The notes under the pieces were generated by a model that was given only the letters and a program-made list of their open reading frames with translations, was not told the DNA's origin and did no database searches. Shown here one piece after another: positions 30,279 to 39,129 of a stretch of 64,000 nt of DNA; position 1 is the stretch's first letter, and each line of letters starts with the position of its first letter. The stretch is taken from contig CBDBGZ010000009.1 of the NCBI GenBank assembly GCA_965205425.1, forward strand, positions 320,001-384,000. The letters are read 5' to 3'. The translations under genes and the position numbers were made by a program. Source of the stretch: Nitrosopumilus sp. GTDB lineage: Archaea > Thermoproteota > Nitrososphaeria > Nitrososphaerales > Nitrosopumilaceae.

Positions 30279-33146
30279 ATGACAATTAACTGGAATGAAA
30301 TAGAAACTAAATGGCGAAACAAGTGGGCAGAATCTAAAGACTTTGAGACAAATCCAAATGAGAAACCAAAAAAGTTTATCACAGTTGCATATCCGTATCC
30401 TAACTCTCCGCAACATATTGGACATGGAAGAACATACACACTAGCTGATGTTCATGCAAGATTTTATCGAATGAATGGATTCAATGTACTATTTCCAATG
30501 GGATTTCATTATACTGGAACTCCAGTACTTGGGATGGCAAAAAGAATTGAAAAAGGAGAAAAAGAAATTCTTGATGGATTAAGAAATGTGTATCATGTTC
30601 CTGAAGAGGCCATCAAGACATTTGTGGAACCAATAAAGATTGCAGACTATTTTCATGAAGAGATAAAGTCTGGAATGATTGAAATGGGATATTCCATTGA
30701 TTGGAGACGAGAATTCACAACTATAGTTCCAGGTTATCAGAAATTTATCGAGTGGCAAATTACTACACTTAAAGAAAATGGTAGAATCATTCAAGGTTCT
30801 CATCCAGTTGGATGGTGTCCAAAGGATCAAAATCCTGTATCACAACATGATACAATGGGAGACGTTGAACCCAAAATTGATGAAAAAAACTTCTTGATTA
30901 AATTCAAGCTTGGTGAATTTATTTTCCCAGTTACAACACTACGACCTGAAACAATTTTTGGAATTACAAATTTGTGGGTCAATCCAAATACAATTTACAA
31001 AAAAGTTACAGTAGATAATGAAACATGGATTATTTCTGAAGAGTGTGCATACAAAATTGAATTCTTTGAAAAACAAGTCAAAGTGATTGGAGAAATTCAA
31101 GGTAGTGAAATTATAGGACAATATGCAATAAATCATGACGGACGAGAGATTCCAGTATTACCTGCTGATTTTGTAGAGCCAGGTATGGGCACAGGTCTTG
31201 TAATGTCAGTACCAGCTCATGCACCAAAAGACTATCAGGCATTGATGGATTTGAAGGCTAAAAATCATGAATTAACCTCAAAAATTGAGCCCATTCCCAT
31301 AATAGTTACAGAAGGATATGGAAAATATCCTGCAAAAGAGATTTGTGAAAAACTAGGAGTCTCTAATCAAACAGATGAGAAATTAGAAGAAGCTACGAAA
31401 GAACTGTATCTCAAAGAGTTTACTGAGGGTAAATTAAATGAAAAATGTAATCAATTCAACAATGAAAAGGTACAGTTTGGACGAGACAAAATTAGAGCAT
31501 GGCTTCAAGAGAATAACACACTAGAGAAATTTCCAGTACTAGAAAATTCACCAGTGCATTGTAGATGTGGAGCAGAATGTGTTGTGAAAATATTGAACAA
31601 TCAATGGTTTTTGAATTACGGCGATGAAGAATGGAAAGAACTTGCACGTAATTGTTTTGATGAGATGAATATTCTTCCAAGTAATATTAGAACAGAGTTC
31701 AAAGAAGTAATAGAATGGTTACACGAGCGAGCTTGTGCAAGACAACAAGGATTAGGTACAAAGTTACCATGGGATAAGGATTGGATTGTAGAGTCACTCT
31801 CAGATTCTGTGATATACATGGCATACTATACCATTTCACGATTTGTAAACGATGGAACAGTTACACCTGAGAATCTAGCTCGAGAATTATTTGATTATAT
31901 TCTATTGGACAAAGGAGATGTAAAACATGCTGCAAGTACATCAAAACTTTCTGAAGATATCATTGAAACAATGAAAAAAGAATTTACTTACTTTTATCCA
32001 GTTGATTCAAGACATTCAGGTAGAGATTTGGTTCAAAATCATTTGTCATTCTTTGTGTTAAATCATGTTGCAATATTCGAGAAAAAATTATGGCCACAAG
32101 AAATTGTAGTTAATGGTAGTGTCATGATGGACGGTGCTAAAATGTCAAAGAGTATGGGAAATATCATTCCATTACGTACTGCAATTAGAGATCATGGTGC
32201 AGATCCAATTAGATTAGCTATCATATCATCAGCTGAACTGCTACAAGATGCCGATTTTAACATGGAATCAGTGTTTGGAATTCAAAACAAGCTTGCGACT
32301 CTACTGGAGGAATGCTCTAGGCTCAAAAACAATACAATTTCAGAGTTGCAAGCAGAAGATAGATGGATTTTATCTAAATTACAAAACATGATTGGTACAG
32401 TTACAGAATCCCTTGAAAAAATGAGACTAAGAGAAGGATTGCATGAGATTTTATTTTCATTTGAGACAGATTTAAGCTGGTACAACAAACGAGTGGAAGC
32501 TAAAGAAAGAAATGATATTTCAGGAATAATGTACAAGATTAATTCTGCTCGAGTTGCAATGTTGTCTCCATTTGCACCACATATCGCTGAGGAAATGTGG
32601 GAAAAATTAGGAAATACAGAACTTGTTTCAAAATCATCATGGCCTACATATTCTAAAGGGGAGATTGATGCCATTGCTATTCAATCAGAGGATTTACTAA
32701 AATCAACTATAGATGATATTGTAAATATTCTAAAAGTTACAAAAATCACTCCTAAAAAAATTGTAATCTATGTCAATTCAGATGAATTAAAATCCAAAGT
32801 GTATCGTAAAGTATTGAGTATCATGGTGGGCGGACAAAATAACATGGGAGTTGTAATGAAGGAACTCATTGCAGATCCTGAAACTACAGAAGCCAAAAAA
32901 ATGCCAGACTATATTCAAAAAGTTATCAAGGATTTGCATTCAGAATCTGAAGAAATTAAAAATATGAAACTAGAATCTAATTCATTTAATGAAAAAGAAT
33001 TTCTCTCAAAAGAATTATCGTCCATGGGAAAGAAAGAGTTTGGAGTTGATATTACAGTTTATTCTGAAAGTGATTCAGACATTTACGATCCAAAAGGAAA
33101 GGCAAAGCATGCAAGACCGTTTAAACCAGCAATTTTGATCGAATAA
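30279..33146 (+). CDS. leuS: Leucine-tRNA ligase (archaeal type)
   Basis: YPYPN..HIGH, TLRPET, GTGLV, KMSKS. Confidence 0.97.
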   Translation: MTINWNEIETKWRNKWAESKDFETNPNEKPKKFITVAYPYPNSPQHIGHGRTYTLADVHARFYRMNGFNVLFPMGFHYTGTPVLGMAKRIEKGEKEILDGLRNVYHVPEEAIKTFVEPIKIADYFHEEIKSGMIEMGYSIDWRREFTTIVPGYQKFIEWQITTLKENGRIIQGSHPVGWCPKDQNPVSQHDTMGDVEPKIDEKNFLIKFKLGEFIFPVTTLRPETIFGITNLWVNPNTIYKKVTVDNETWIISEECAYKIEFFEKQVKVIGEIQGSEIIGQYAINHDGREIPVLPADFVEPGMGTGLVMSVPAHAPKDYQALMDLKAKNHELTSKIEPIPIIVTEGYGKYPAKEICEKLGVSNQTDEKLEEATKELYLKEFTEGKLNEKCNQFNNEKVQFGRDKIRAWLQENNTLEKFPVLENSPVHCRCGAECVVKILNNQWFLNYGDEEWKELARNCFDEMNILPSNIRTEFKEVIEWLHERACARQQGLGTKLPWDKDWIVESLSDSVIYMAYYTISRFVNDGTVTPENLARELFDYILLDKGDVKHAASTSKLSEDIIETMKKEFTYFYPVDSRHSGRDLVQNHLSFFVLNHVAIFEKKLWPQEIVVNGSVMMDGAKMSKSMGNIIPLRTAIRDHGADPIRLAIISSAELLQDADFNMESVFGIQNKLATLLEECSRLKNNTISELQAEDRWILSKLQNMIGTVTESLEKMRLREGLHEILFSFETDLSWYNKRVEAKERNDISGIMYKINSARVAMLSPFAPHIAEEMWEKLGNTELVSKSSWPTYSKGEIDAIAIQSEDLLKSTIDDIVNILKVTKITPKKIVIYVNSDELKSKVYRKVLSIMVGGQNNMGVVMKELIADPETTEAKKMPDYIQKVIKDLHSESEEIKNMKLESNSFNEKEFLSKELSSMGKKEFGVDITVYSESDSDIYDPKGKAKHARPFKPAILIE

Positions 33147-33150
33147 GATT

Positions 33151-33360
33151 ATTATTCTTTCTTCAAAATATCTAGAATTTCAGAATTACTTTTAATCCAA
33201 GTTTTCAGATACGCATAGAACAGATTTTCCAAGTCATCAACTGTCCTTCTAGTCGAGGATCTGCGCGGATATCAGCGAGTTGTTCATCTAAATTGGCTAG
33301 AATTACTTCCAATCCTTCGTTAGATACCTCTAGCTTCTTTATTGCTTCATCCACACCCAT
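33151..33360 (-). pseudogene. Small helical protein gene with an apparent 1-bp frameshift near 33245
   Basis: MGVDEAIKKLEVSNEG...DPRLEG, then a shifted frame TVDDLENLFYAYLKTWIKSNSEILDILKKE*. Confidence 0.45.
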
Positions 33361-33526
33361 GAAAATATGATGTGATGAGGAACTATAAAGAATTATTCTT
33401 TTTTTGGAACTGGTAAGTTAGCGGGGCATAGCTACAAATCTTATTGCTGGTAAGTGTCGAGGCTTTTAGAAACATTAGGCATTATCACCAAATTTACTTT
33501 ATTAGTGATAATTTCAATAAATATCT

Positions 33527-34078
33527 GTGGGTAAGAAAGAATTACAGGAAAGAGATACTTGGCAAGATAAAAGTGGCCCAAAAGGTGAAGTTGCAGAGGG
33601 TAAATTTGAGATTGTATTTTTACGTGAATTTACAGGTAAGGGTTATGAAATAAGAGCAAAGCCTAAAGAGTTAAGAAAAATATACTCTGAAAAACCACCT
33701 CATGGTGTAATTATTGATTATGCCATAACTAACACTAAAACTCATAAAACATTGTATGTTGAGATCAAAAGACAAGATGGTTATGTTCCTGGGGAAACAG
33801 AACCTAATGCAGGTCGAGGAAATGCACATGAAAGATCATGTAAGTTTTTCACACCAGGATTATTGAAAATCATGCGAAAGTTTGGGAAATTAGATGGTGA
33901 TGTATTGCCTTTTTGGGTTGTATATCAAGGTCGTATTGCACGTGATACAAAACGAACCAATGAGATTACATATTGGTTTGACAAACATAAATCACATTTT
34001 TTCTTATGGAAAAATCCATCAAACACACAATCATTGGTTAATCATTTTAATAAAAATTTGAAACAACTTTTAGATTAG
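33527..34078 (+). CDS. Type II restriction endonuclease, MunI-like (predicted C^AATTG)
   Basis: EIKRQDG, AGRGNAHERSCK.FTPGLLK, LPFWVV and LV.HFN match my recollection of MunI along the whole length; GTG start. Confidence 0.85.
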   Translation: MGKKELQERDTWQDKSGPKGEVAEGKFEIVFLREFTGKGYEIRAKPKELRKIYSEKPPHGVIIDYAITNTKTHKTLYVEIKRQDGYVPGETEPNAGRGNAHERSCKFFTPGLLKIMRKFGKLDGDVLPFWVVYQGRIARDTKRTNEITYWFDKHKSHFFLWKNPSNTQSLVNHFNKNLKQLLD

Positions 34079-34728
34079 GAATTATTCAATACAATATCTA
34101 ATCCCCATGAAGACCAACCTCTAACTTTTTTCCTTGCAAACAATTCGATACGTTTCTGATTTGGAAACATCTTTTCTATTCCGTCCATGACTTCAATTGG
34201 TTTTTCACTGTGTCCTTTTCTTGGAGATTTAATTAATTGTTTAACATTTCTTGCTCCTCTAGGTGTTGGTATTCTTCCATGTTTGAATAATAAACATAAT
34301 TCACAGTTTGAAAGAGTGTATTTGCCAGGATTATGATTCATTTTATCCCATACAAAAGCTACAGTTCTATACTCAAAACCCCATGCCCTGCCTAATTCAA
34401 TAGCTTGTGATAGGTGAGGGTTTGTAGTCCACATGAATAATAGACAATCGTCATTTGTTATCTTGTCTATTGGAATTTCCATCATTTCATTTGTCTTCAT
34501 AGTAGGATACTTGAAACTAGCTGTGCTAATATACAGTGATTTTGATGTATCATACTGTAATTTTTTATTGTAATCCCAGGGTGGGTCTGCATAAATAATA
34601 TCAAATTTCTTGTTGGGTAGTTTTGGATATAACATATCTTTCGGTAATGTGCTGTGTTTTGTTCTTCTCTTAACATCTTCATTGTAAATTGAATAACCGC
34701 TAGGCTTCATTACTTGTTTACTCATCAT
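34075..34728 (-). CDS. MT-A70-family N6-adenine DNA methyltransferase (M.MunI-like)
   Basis: IYADPPW, LFMW, FVWDK, HSEKP, IELFAR; convergent with the REase. Confidence 0.9.
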   Translation of the reverse strand: MMSKQVMKPSGYSIYNEDVKRRTKHSTLPKDMLYPKLPNKKFDIIYADPPWDYNKKLQYDTSKSLYISTASFKYPTMKTNEMMEIPIDKITNDDCLLFMWTTNPHLSQAIELGRAWGFEYRTVAFVWDKMNHNPGKYTLSNCELCLLFKHGRIPTPRGARNVKQLIKSPRKGHSEKPIEVMDGIEKMFPNQKRIELFARKKVRGWSSWGLDIVLNNS

Positions 34729-34940
34729 TCATTACCTTTTTTTCTTGCATTTTTCTTAGAACTCATACTTTTTTGTTTCATCGGAGTAATTATAATTTTC
34801 ATTTCGTTATCGATCACTTCCAAGTTCCATTCCATTTGATCTTTCACTGATAAGCCAAACTGTCTAACGATACTGGCAGGAATTGTAACTCGTAATGAAT
34901 TTGATTTATTTGCCAAAACTAAATTTGTTGTCTCAACCAT
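34725..34940 (-). CDS. AbrB/MazE/SpoVT-type DNA-binding protein
   Basis: SLRVTIPASIVRQFGLSVKDQMEW swapped-hairpin signature. Confidence 0.85.
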   Translation of the reverse strand: MVETTNLVLANKSNSLRVTIPASIVRQFGLSVKDQMEWNLEVIDNEMKIIITPMKQKSMSSKKNARKKGNE

Positions 34941-35013
34941 AACCTATTTCATAACCTGTCATAATAATAACCTATCTCTTGACCTAATGTATAAATAACC
35001 TAAATGATAACCT
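34939..35013. promoter_or_regulatory. Phased ATAACCT repeat array in the divergent abrB/transposase promoter region
   Basis: ATAACCT at 34939, 34951, 34967, 34995, 35007 plus variant TTGACCT at 34979. Confidence 0.7.
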
Positions 35014-35018
35014 ATTCT

Positions 35019-36143
35019 ATGAATCAAAGAGAAATTAGAGGAAAACAAATAGCAGAAAAACAAAATCAAATTATCAAAATAGATGAAACTCATTACAAAG
35101 TAAATTCTCAAAGTAGAAACAAACAACATGACGTTATCTCTTTAGAATCTGGTTGGAGTTGTAGTTGTGAGGATAGATTTTTCAGGAAAACTTGTTGTAA
35201 GCACATTCATGCAGTAGAAATTTCATTAAATATTCATCAAAAGGTAAAAGATGATGTTATAATTTCAGAAGTGGAAATTGATTGTTGTAAATACTGTAAA
35301 TCACAAAATATTGTAAAACGTGGCATACGAAAAAACAAGAGTGGCAATATCCAAGTGTTTAGTTGTAAGAACTGCACACGTAAGTTCTCAATTAACTTAG
35401 GCTTTGAGGGAATGAGAGCAACACCTGATCAAATCACAATGGCAATGAATCTATACTTTAACGGTGAATCATCAAGGAAGGTAAAACAATCCTTGGTTCT
35501 TACTGGTGTTAAAATATCTCATGTTACCATTCAAAACTGGATAAAGAAATACGTCTCACTAATGGAAAAATACCTTTACAAGATAACTCCACAAGTAGGT
35601 GAGCAATGGAGAACAGACGAATTATATCTAAAAATCAAGGGTGATAAAAAATACCTCTTTGCAATGCTAGATTCAGAGACTAGATTTTGGCTGTCTCAAA
35701 TGGTATCAGAACATAAGGGAAATGATGATGTATCTCCAATGTTTGCAGATGCCAAAAAGAAAGCAAAGAAAGTTCCAACTACACTAATTTCTGATGGAGC
35801 TGCAAACTTTCATCATGCTTGGAAAGAACAATACAAAGCCAAAAACTTTCTACATAAAAATACAGAACATCACAGGCACATACACCTATCAGGCGATATG
35901 AACAACAACCAGATGGAATCCTTTAACTCAAACACTCTAAGAGCAAGAGAGAAGGTCGTTAGAGGAATCAAAAAAGATGATTCCTCGATAATCAAGGGTA
36001 TGCAAATTCATCATAATTTCATAAGACCACATCAAGGGTTGAATGGAGATACACCAGCAGACAGATCAGGCATTATTATACAAGGAGATAATAAATGGAA
36101 AACCATAATTCAAAATGCTAGTAACGCCACGAGAGGGATTTGA
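35019..36143 (+). CDS. IS6/IS240-type DDE transposase with N-terminal SWIM and Zn-ribbon domains
   Basis: CSC...CKHIHAV (SWIM); CKYC...CKNC; WRTDE, ISDG, NNNQMES. Confidence 0.88.
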   Translation: MNQREIRGKQIAEKQNQIIKIDETHYKVNSQSRNKQHDVISLESGWSCSCEDRFFRKTCCKHIHAVEISLNIHQKVKDDVIISEVEIDCCKYCKSQNIVKRGIRKNKSGNIQVFSCKNCTRKFSINLGFEGMRATPDQITMAMNLYFNGESSRKVKQSLVLTGVKISHVTIQNWIKKYVSLMEKYLYKITPQVGEQWRTDELYLKIKGDKKYLFAMLDSETRFWLSQMVSEHKGNDDVSPMFADAKKKAKKVPTTLISDGAANFHHAWKEQYKAKNFLHKNTEHHRHIHLSGDMNNNQMESFNSNTLRAREKVVRGIKKDDSSIIKGMQIHHNFIRPHQGLNGDTPADRSGIIIQGDNKWKTIIQNASNATRGI

Positions 36144-36209
36144 ACCCACGTACCCGCAGGGCAGAAGTTTAGGAAACTCCCTGAATTGACCAGACTATCA
36201 GATCGTGAC
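36125..36209 (-). tRNA. Atypical class II tRNA-like gene: serine-like body, anticodon CCT (Arg)
   Basis: GTCACGA/TCGTGGC acceptor, G73, GG in D-loop, GGAGT-TTCCTAA-ACTTC anticodon arm, long variable arm, GTTCAAATCC; one T-stem mismatch. Confidence 0.75.
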
Positions 36210-36490
36210 ATTAGTTAAAATTTTGAAAAGAATAAAAATCCACCTTATCGCCCTGCGGGAGTGATAAGGCTTCATCTTTAGTCTTAATTGTGATTGCAAA
36301 TCACAGGCAAAGACAGAAACCACAAGGCTTGTAATTATAATACTTTAAACATCTAAATAAATAATTTTGGATCTTAGCATCAGTAGGCATGATTAATTTC
36401 TAAAAGCCTCGACACTTACCAGCAATAAGATTTGTAGCTATGCCCCGCTAACTTACCAGTTCCCTTTTTTTAATGTTACAGTTTTTGAGG

Positions 36491-37093
36491 CTAGAAATGA
36501 TTCTCAAAGAATACTTCATCCAAAGATAACTGACCACCACGTTCAGCAGCATCTGCAGATCTCTTTCCAACTACAACCATCATTACAATCATGTGGTCTT
36601 TTGGCAGATTAATTATATCAGCTAGTTCATCATATTCAAAACCAACCATAGGACAAGAATCAAGACCCATCTGACTAGCTGTTAACATGATTGTTTGAGC
36701 TGCAAATCCACAAGAGCGCATTGCCTCATCTCGTCTATTCTCAGGGCTGTTTTCATATTTTCGGGCAAGAGAGTTTTTCACTAGTTCTTGTTTTTCAGGA
36801 GTATTATTTCTCCAGTATCGTAATGGTTCTTCTTTCCATGCATTAAGATTTCCACATAGTACTACAACTAGAGAGCCGTCTTTTGGTTGGGCTTGATCAC
36901 GGGCGGCTTTGGATATTTTATCTTTTACATCTTGATCAGTAACATAGACAAATCTCCAATTTTGTTGATTATAGCTAGTTGGAGATAGTATGGTTAACTC
37001 TTTTAGTAATTTAATATCTTCAGGTGGCATTTTGTATGATGAATCAAATTTCTTTATTGCACGTCTAGTTTTGATAGCATCAAAGGTATCCAT
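36491..37093 (-). CDS. Nitroreductase family protein
   Basis: RRAIKKF, SPTSYNQQNW, GLDSCPMVGF. Confidence 0.92.
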   Translation of the reverse strand: MDTFDAIKTRRAIKKFDSSYKMPPEDIKLLKELTILSPTSYNQQNWRFVYVTDQDVKDKISKAARDQAQPKDGSLVVVLCGNLNAWKEEPLRYWRNNTPEKQELVKNSLARKYENSPENRRDEAMRSCGFAAQTIMLTASQMGLDSCPMVGFEYDELADIINLPKDHMIVMMVVVGKRSADAAERGGQLSLDEVFFENHF

Positions 37094-37127
37094 GAAATAA
37101 CAAAAAAATCCCCAAATTTAATTGAAT

Positions 37128-37271
37128 GAAAAGGTAACTGAGCTTAAGATCAGCACTAAGAGTGCTGATGACAGCTCACCACTTAAGATCAGTAACTGAA
37201 AAGTTATCTGATGACAGCAATTTATCTTAAGGTCTGAAACGATTGTACTCAGACGAAAGACTCACCTTTTC
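37128..37271 (-). ncRNA. Candidate structured ncRNA: three similar hairpins inside a closing stem
   Basis: 10-bp closing stem, three hairpins with [G/U]UC / CUUA internal loops; G-U pairs and an upstream TTAAATA favour the minus strand. Confidence 0.55.
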
Positions 37272-37361
37272 TGAATTAGTTATGTGATTTTCTTATTTAA
37301 CGGGTACTACTTTTTCCTACTAATGGAAATCAACACTAGCCACTAGTGTAGTTTCCAGATA

Positions 37362-38411
37362 GTGTATTTATTAGGCCAAAAGGGATCGCAGAATATCTTG
37401 AAGATTGCAGTAATGGGAATGGGAGTAGCAGGATCATATCTTATGGCCAGACTAAAAAACTCTGAGCACGAAGTTACTGGATATGAGAGAATGAAGGAAG
37501 AAAATCATGATTCTATTTGTGCATGGGGGACAATCAAACCAATTCTAACAGATTTTTGTAAAAAGACTGGAAGAGATTTTGATGATTTTCTAATTCACGA
37601 CGGTAAGGAAATGCATGTGAAAATGAATGACGATGTGAAATTTGATATCGGACTCAAAGGATTATGCACATATGACAAACTAGCACTAATCAAGGATTTC
37701 ATTAAAGATTCTAAAATTATTTACGGCAATCCACCATCAATAGAGGAATTAGAAAAAGAGTACGACATGATAGTTGATTGTACTGGATTTCACAGAGTTT
37801 ATCTCCCAAAATTAGAAGAAGATTTCTTTTTGCCAACATACGAGTACAAAGTAGAATATGAAGACAAGGTTCCATATGATGACTTTTACATTGAACCATT
37901 TCCTGGCATGTCAGGCTATTTCTGGTATTTCCCATTAGGTGAGAAATGGGCACATATCGGAGCGGGTGATTACAATAAACAACACATCAAGGCAACTGAT
38001 GATTTTCTAAAAAAACATGGAGGTAAAATCCTGAAAACTAAAGGTAGACCAATTAGATTAGCAACACCTGATAGATGCAAACCATACTATTCAGGAAAAG
38101 TAGTAGGTGTTGGAGAATCAATTGGAACAGTATACGCATTGTTAGGTGAAGGAATCATTCCATCAATGCAATGTGTAGAGATTTTCTTAGAAAACATGAA
38201 TGATTTCAAAGCATATGAGAAAGCAGTAGAGAAACACTACAAGGTTTATGCTAAAGTGTTTAATTTTGTTCGAGCAAAAATCCACAAAGATTTCAGCTTC
38301 TTCAAAGCATTGCCAGATTTCATTGCAATATTTCTTTACATGAAAAAACATGAAGACAGATTTGGAATGAATATCAAGATTGCAGATTTGATGAAAGTTG
38401 CAAAAGCTTAA
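37362..38411 (+). CDS. FAD-dependent oxidoreductase, geranylgeranyl-reductase-like (true start probably ~37398)
   Basis: GMGVAG, GYFWYFP, GESIG, GEGI. Confidence 0.8.
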   Translation: MYLLGQKGSQNILKIAVMGMGVAGSYLMARLKNSEHEVTGYERMKEENHDSICAWGTIKPILTDFCKKTGRDFDDFLIHDGKEMHVKMNDDVKFDIGLKGLCTYDKLALIKDFIKDSKIIYGNPPSIEELEKEYDMIVDCTGFHRVYLPKLEEDFFLPTYEYKVEYEDKVPYDDFYIEPFPGMSGYFWYFPLGEKWAHIGAGDYNKQHIKATDDFLKKHGGKILKTKGRPIRLATPDRCKPYYSGKVVGVGESIGTVYALLGEGIIPSMQCVEIFLENMNDFKAYEKAVEKHYKVYAKVFNFVRAKIHKDFSFFKALPDFIAIFLYMKKHEDRFGMNIKIADLMKVAKA

Positions 38412-39112
38412 CTAAAACTTACAGAACCAAAACCTTCACGATTAGTTCTATTTGATGCCATGTTATAATCATAAATGGTAGTAGAATATGCTTTGAGTTC
38501 ATCTTTCATTTGGTCCAAGTTATCTGCAAGGTAAAATCCAGGACAATCACCCGTAAACTGATAGGTTGCATGTACTCTAGCCTTGCCTTTTTCATTTTCA
38601 AGCCAACTTGCAAATGGATAGAGATAGCAGACACCAGGTCTGTCAGGATGCATACTACAGGCTCCCGTATCATCTAAAAATCTACAAGAGATATGGGTTC
38701 CATCATCTGCTTCAGTTTCATCAGTTTTTCTTTTTAGATTAATTGTAGTCATTGTAGTCATTTGTCCTGATGGTCCGGGTTCCTGATATGTAACAGTTAG
38801 AGTTTCATTTTTAATAAAATCTGAAGGTTTTTTGTATTTCAAACCCTTTCCTATTGTAATCAAATCATCAGATGTCAATGGCAATCTACCTTGTCTATCG
38901 CAACAGTTGTGACAGTCAGGCCAAAAGCATTTCCACAGAATATATTTTTTTTCAGAATTCAAATAAGGAACATGAAATACTACATCCTTTACTTTAATTG
39001 GATAATCAGAAACATCAGTAACTTTTCCTAGCATAAATTTTCTTAAAATTGGATCAACGTCCCAATCCTTTTCTAACAAATCAAGTGACTCTTCAATCTC
39101 TTTTTGAGACAA
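38408..39112 (-). CDS. YkgJ-family cysteine-cluster (Zn/Fe-chelating) protein
   Basis: C..PDCHNCC, CRFL...C..HPDRPGVCYLYP. Confidence 0.85.
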   Translation of the reverse strand: MSQKEIEESLDLLEKDWDVDPILRKFMLGKVTDVSDYPIKVKDVVFHVPYLNSEKKYILWKCFWPDCHNCCDRQGRLPLTSDDLITIGKGLKYKKPSDFIKNETLTVTYQEPGPSGQMTTMTTINLKRKTDETEADDGTHISCRFLDDTGACSMHPDRPGVCYLYPFASWLENEKGKARVHATYQFTGDCPGFYLADNLDQMKDELKAYSTTIYDYNMASNRTNREGFGSVSFS

Positions 39113-39129
39113 TCAAGTTATAACATCAT

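Larger units (their letters stand above)
33406..36463. mobile_element. IS6-type cargo transposon (3058 bp)
   Basis: Perfect 67-bp TIRs (33406-33472 / 36397-36463) starting GG; 8-bp TSD CTTTTTTT (33398-33405, 36464-36471); internal DDE transposase. Confidence 0.93.

Noticed and set aside
33444..33653. 69-aa ORF starting in the left TIR
   Set aside because: Overlaps the REase out of frame and has no recognisable features
36125..36143. attL/attR tRNA fragment of an integrated element
   Set aside because: The cloverleaf is full length, lies inside the TIRs, has no duplicate in the window, and no tyrosine integrase is present
37155..37260. Hammerhead ribozyme (CTGATGA ... GAAA on plus strand)
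   Set aside because: CTGAT is fully paired in the hairpin stems and I could not build the three-stem core with a cleavage triplet
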